Source: Gracilinanus agilis
Lineage: Eukaryota
Assembly (NCBI RefSeq): GCF_016433145.1
Contig: NC_058135.1
Location: 97,393,280 to 97,457,279, forward strand
DNA: 64,000 bases
Reading direction: 5' to 3'
Made by a program: the position numbers and the translations under genes. Within the stretch, counting starts at the first letter, position 1. Each line of letters opens with the position of its first letter. The notes below the pieces were generated by a model, which was not told where the DNA came from, made no database searches, and worked only from the letters and a program-made list of their open reading frames with translations. Below are positions 63,928-64,000 of the stretch, piece after piece.

Positions 63928-64000
63928 CTGTAAAGATCAATACTAATCAGATAAGAATAAGATCTGTAAGCATACCATTATTAGATTACTTTTCTCTGAA

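Overview
Vertebrate genomic DNA, almost certainly a didelphid marsupial (opossum): the window is dense in SINE1_Mdo-type, MAR1 and Mar3-like SINEs, marsupial L1, L2/MIR, MamRTE-like and L3 relics. Two protein-coding genes lie tail-to-tail, as at human 4q33. (1) A complete 8-exon HPF1 (histone PARylation factor 1 / C4orf27) on the + strand: CDS 28679-49666, 1035 nt, 344 aa, all introns GT-AG. (2) The last three constitutive coding exons and 3'UTR of the chloride/proton exchanger CLCN3 on the - strand; the gene continues beyond the right edge. The terminal CLCN3 exon keeps both the canonical frame and the ClC-3B PDZ-ligand frame. Positions 1-28.3 kb are repeat-rich intergenic DNA. Three N-gaps (145, 129 and 180 nt) limit what can be seen. 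I found no CRISPR array, no rRNA or tRNA gene, and no convincing new multi-gene system. The best leads are: natural substitutions in HPF1 at positions equivalent to human H303 (Q) and G224 (T); a gap bracketed exactly by box C, box D and a terminal stem (possible hidden C/D snoRNA); a gap that probably hides the ClC-3B cassette exon; a young antisense solo LTR with intact promoter motifs inside HPF1; and an L1 lacking nearly all of ORF2. Human comparisons and repeat family names come from memory of the reference sequences, not from a search. Repeat boundaries are approximate unless a target-site duplication (TSD) is given.
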